Virus record (IMG/VR): IMGVR_UViG_3300012929_000002
Direction: 5' to 3' (one strand)
Source: a virus
DNA: 61,592 nt
In this document: positions 58,697 through 61,592 of the stretch, one piece after another
Numbering within the stretch: the first letter of the stretch is position 1
Layout of the letters: each line of letters starts with the position of its first letter
Program-made: the position numbers and the translations under genes
The notes under the pieces: model-generated
Database searches by the model: none
What the model was told of the DNA's origin: nothing
Seen by the model: the letters and a program-made list of their open reading frames with translations, nothing else

Positions 58697-60607
58697 GTGG
58701 ACGTCCTGATCGAAAGGCATCGGAATAGGATCCACCTGTTCTCTCCCTGGGAGATGGGGCTAGCCGAGGTTTGCAAGTCTGTTCTTGGGTTCGGTATTAC
58801 CAGGAATAAGGACGGTAGCTTTAGGAGCTGGACTTACCCGCTGGACTGGAGCACCTGTCTACAGCTACGGCAGATATTCGGTCAACGGTTAGACATCGGT
58901 CCCAAGCTAGTGTTATGGGCGCGGGTAGAAGCACGCCGCCAACGCCGCGCGCGGGCCATAGCCGGCCGCACCACGGTGGACCTGGCTAAGGTGGCGGCCG
59001 TGGCCCCCGCGTTGGCTAAGGCGATGAGCCAGCGCACTTATCAACAAGTGGGATCCGCCTTCTGTGCGCACACTAAAGCCGCCCTCCTAGCGGACGAGCC
59101 GGGTTTAGGCAAGACTCTCCAATGTATGGGTGCGATGATAGAAGCTGACGTGTTCGGGGTCATCCTAGTCCTCGCGCCACAGACAGCTCTAGATATAACC
59201 TGGCGGGAAGAGCTGAAGCGCTGGTTACCGCAGGACGCTAGTTTCGCATGTCTGGGCGCGGCCGATCGTAGACACGCTGCCATAAAGGAAGCGATTAAGA
59301 CGGCCGATAGATTCGACCGCGTATGGCTCCTGTGTAACTATGAGATGCTTAGGGCACAAGGCCCGAAGATCGTAACGGGCGTTGATGCCTGGGGAGAAGA
59401 GATAAAGGAGCCTGGTCCTACGCCATACCCCGAACTATTGGAAACGGAATGGGCCAGCGTAGTGGTCGACGAGAGTCAGAGGTTACTGGTCACGCAGACC
59501 CCCGTGACGGCCAAACAGAGCCTCCAGCGGCAGGGCGCGGCGCAGCTACAGGTAGCCCGTGGCGGCTTGCGGCTGGCAATGTCGGGCACTCCGAACAGGG
59601 GGCATACCGAGAACCTATGGGGGACGCTCAACTGGCTCTTTCCGAGCAAGTACACGAGCTTCAATCGTTGGGTTGACCAGAACTTCACGTATCTGGAAGA
59701 CACCATGACCGGAGAGAAGTTTCTACAAGAGATGTCTCCGGTTCGGGAGAAGGAATTATACCGAGAACTTGATAGTATCATAATTCGACGAACCAAACGC
59801 GAAGTCGCGCCAGACATGCCGCCCAAGATGTACGCCGGATGGCATTTGGATCCGGATGATGAGAACAGTTCAGTCGGTGTATGGTTGCCGATGCTACCGC
59901 ATCAGCGCAAGGCGTATGCCCAGATGTCCGCCGAGGCCGAAGCGATGCTAGATGGCGGAACCCTATTAGCGAACGGGGTGTTAGCCGAGCTCACTCGCCT
60001 GAAGCAATTCGCGAATAGTTCCGCCCGCCTTAACGAAGACGATGAGTTGGAGCTCATGCTACCGAGCAATAAGCTCCAGTGGTTTATCACGTGGCTGGCG
60101 GAGCGCGGGATAGAGAAGGGCGGCGAGAAGAAGGGCGGCAAGGTCATCCTAGCCAGCCCCAGCACTCAGCTACTAGACCTGGTTCAGGTGGAGATAGACA
60201 GGCTCGGCATACCTAACATCAAGATCCACGGCGGTGTCACGGGTAATCGGCGTACGCAGGCCAAGCTCGTCTTCCAAGACCCGGATAGCGGTATCCGCCT
60301 GATGCTGCTCGGCACCAAGGCCGGCGGAGTGAGCCTGACGCTGGATCAGGCGGACGACATCGTGTTCTTCGGTGAAACATGGGATCCAGACGATCAGACG
60401 CAGGTTGAGGACAGAGCTGACCGCGTTAGTCGTAGCAACCATCAAGTTACGGTCTGGTATGTTCGAAGTCTTGGAACAATAGAGGAAGCAATAGCCGCCG
60501 ACAATGAGAGTCTAGACAAACTCAATCATGAATTGATGGACGGTCGCCGAGGCGTCAAGCGCGCCAAGCAACTCCTGCACTATAAATCACACCGGAGCGT
60601 AACATGA
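58697..60607 (+). CDS. SNF2-family helicase/ATPase
   Basis: Motif I LADEPGLGKT, motif II VVVDESQRL, and the C-terminal helicase region TLDQADDIVFFGETWDPDDQTQVEDRADR. Confidence 0.9.
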   Translation: MDVLIERHRNRIHLFSPWEMGLAEVCKSVLGFGITRNKDGSFRSWTYPLDWSTCLQLRQIFGQRLDIGPKLVLWARVEARRQRRARAIAGRTTVDLAKVAAVAPALAKAMSQRTYQQVGSAFCAHTKAALLADEPGLGKTLQCMGAMIEADVFGVILVLAPQTALDITWREELKRWLPQDASFACLGAADRRHAAIKEAIKTADRFDRVWLLCNYEMLRAQGPKIVTGVDAWGEEIKEPGPTPYPELLETEWASVVVDESQRLLVTQTPVTAKQSLQRQGAAQLQVARGGLRLAMSGTPNRGHTENLWGTLNWLFPSKYTSFNRWVDQNFTYLEDTMTGEKFLQEMSPVREKELYRELDSIIIRRTKREVAPDMPPKMYAGWHLDPDDENSSVGVWLPMLPHQRKAYAQMSAEAEAMLDGGTLLANGVLAELTRLKQFANSSARLNEDDELELMLPSNKLQWFITWLAERGIEKGGEKKGGKVILASPSTQLLDLVQVEIDRLGIPNIKIHGGVTGNRRTQAKLVFQDPDSGIRLMLLGTKAGGVSLTLDQADDIVFFGETWDPDDQTQVEDRADRVSRSNHQVTVWYVRSLGTIEEAIAADNESLDKLNHELMDGRRGVKRAKQLLHYKSHRSVT

Positions 60608-60846
60608 CGTGGTGGCAACTATTCCTAATCATCTTTGGCTCTAGCCTTAGCAGCACGGTATTAGTCATCGGCACTCTGCGCTATATCGCTCCACAAGTTA
60701 TCTATAAGATCCTAGATAGGTACGAGGATCGGGTAAATCGACAGTCGCTCGCAGAGGCGCGGAGACTTATAGATGCCAACCGCCAGTATCCCGCCTGGCC
60801 GAATGCCAACGGGACTGCTCGAGTGCATCGGGCAAAAATTAAATAG
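60604..60846 (+). CDS. Small N-terminal-TM protein (80 aa)
   Basis: ATGA overlap with the SNF2 gene. WWQLFLIIFGSSLSSTVLVIG. Confidence 0.5.
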   Translation: MTWWQLFLIIFGSSLSSTVLVIGTLRYIAPQVIYKILDRYEDRVNRQSLAEARRLIDANRQYPAWPNANGTARVHRAKIK

Positions 60847-60952
60847 GAGAGGCTTGCGCAGATGCTGGTCATTTGTGCTAGTATGACACAACGCTCCCCG
60901 AGGCGCTCGCGCCGAGGACGCAACCACCCGCACCAATAGACAAGGAAAAGAA

Positions 60953-61483
60953 ATGGCGCGTACGGCAACAAAGAAGGCCGCTCCGGAACCGACCCCCGAG
61001 GTCGACCTCAGTGACTTCCTGAACAAGGATCCGAGCGTTATCAACAGGGCTGAGGCTGCCTGGCTGGTCGAGTGCACCGGCCTGGATCTCGACATGGATC
61101 CGATGGATCTGGTCGAGCGGGTTGTGCAGTTGGTCGCCGGCAGTGCACATCGAGCGTGGCAGAAGTCCGAGGCAGCGGCCGATCTCCACGCCGAGGCAGC
61201 CGAACGTAGGGCAGCGGCTGAGGCGGCCAAGCCCGCGCGCAAGGCCAAGGCCGACGATGATGAAGAGGAAGAGGCTGCCGAGAAGCCCCGTCGTGGTCGT
61301 CCTCGCAAGGCCGTTGTGGAAGACGACGAAGAGGAAGAGCCGGTCAAGCCGCCGGCACGACGCGGTCGTCCGGCCAAGGCCAAGGTCGTCGAGCCGGAGG
61401 AAGAAGAGGAAGAAGAGACGGTCAAGCCAGCCCGTCGCGGGCGTCCGGCACGTAAGCCCGCCGGTAGCGAAGCTCCGTTCTAA
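60953..61483 (+). CDS. DNA-binding protein with three AT-hook (RRGRP) motifs and an N-terminal domain paralogous to 49825..50121
   Basis: PRRGRPRKA, ARRGRPAKA and ARRGRPARK separated by poly-Glu/Asp spacers. AAGGAAAAG RBS. Confidence 0.65.
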   Translation: MARTATKKAAPEPTPEVDLSDFLNKDPSVINRAEAAWLVECTGLDLDMDPMDLVERVVQLVAGSAHRAWQKSEAAADLHAEAAERRAAAEAAKPARKAKADDDEEEEAAEKPRRGRPRKAVVEDDEEEEPVKPPARRGRPAKAKVVEPEEEEEEETVKPARRGRPARKPAGSEAPF

Positions 61484-61592
61484 GCTCCCCGTCAGAACTC
61501 GGCTGAGTCGGAAGCGGTCTCCCTCCGGGATGTTTCCGGGAAGCGGGCGCTATACGGCAGTAGTCCGGACGGACGGGGCGCACGATCCGAAG
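61470..61592. repeat. Terminal direct repeat, right copy (identical to 1..123)
   Basis: Same 123-nt string as 1-123. The stop codon of CDS 60953..61483 lies inside it. Confidence 0.95.

Noticed and set aside
60712-61425. 237-aa minus-strand ORF (poly-Ser/Ala/Arg) opposite the AT-hook gene
   Set aside because: It is the mirror image of the GAA/GAG/GCC-rich + strand coding sequence. It is a low-complexity artefact.
1-61592. Alternative genetic code (stop-codon reassignment), prompted by the two +1-at-stop candidates
   Set aside because: Long uninterrupted standard-code ORFs exist for every large gene (1159, 1087, 880, 828, 636 aa), and intergenic spacing is normal. There is no sign of in-frame TAG/TGA/TAA recoding.
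1-61592. tRNA/tmRNA genes, integrase/attP, CI-like repressor, toxin-antitoxin pairs
   Set aside because: I scanned the intergenic regions (notably 47.7-48.6, 50.4-50.6, 52.7-52.9 and 19.0-19.5 kb) for T-arm and cloverleaf features. I also scanned the translations for tyrosine or serine recombinase and HTH-repressor signatures. I found none. This was a manual scan, so short or divergent examples could have been missed.

Overview
This window is a complete tailed dsDNA phage genome with a 123-bp terminal redundancy: 1-123 is identical to 61470-61592, so the unique length is 61,469 bp. Every credible gene is on the + strand, and many are coupled through ATGA/GTGA/TGATG stop-start overlaps. I found no tRNA, rRNA, CRISPR array, integrase or obvious repressor.

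Layout:
- 0.2-19.0 kb: replication, recombination and nucleotide metabolism. Calls here are a Cas4-like PD-(D/E)XK nuclease, a RecA-like ATPase, an acidic HeH-repeat protein, Pol III alpha (DnaE), a DUF4406-like protein, MazG-like, a long atypical ThyX, a RuvC-like resolvase and a Prim-Pol/P4-type primase-helicase.
- 19.0-19.45 kb: a gene-free 9-mer repeat array, a candidate origin.
- 19.5-47.7 kb: the late module. It holds a possible TerS, TerL, portal, an unusual island of Lys/Arg-rich proteins plus an Endo VII-type HNH and a JAB/MPN peptidase, then MuF, scaffold, capsid, connectors, major tail protein, a chaperone pair, a 1159-aa tape measure, tail tip and fibre proteins, a lysis cassette and a beta-helix protein. 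No sheath gene is present, so the tail is siphovirus-type.
- 47.74-48.63 kb: an ~890-bp non-coding regulatory hub.
- 48.6-61.5 kb: small early or accessory genes, ending with a wall-hydrolase-like gene, an SNF2 helicase and an AT-hook protein.

G+C content, GTG starts, GGAGG ribosome-binding sites and a recurrent TAGGGT (TAnnnT-type) -10-like motif suggest an actinobacterial host. That is inference only.

All functional calls rest on motifs I read in the translations, plus gene order. No database search was run. The most checkable unusual items are the iteron array, the phased GGTACC operators and C-tract in the hub, an RF2-like CUU-UGA +1 frameshift site in the tail chaperone, the portal-MuF basic-protein/JAB island, the AT-hook paralogue pair and the nucleotide-modification-like gene set.
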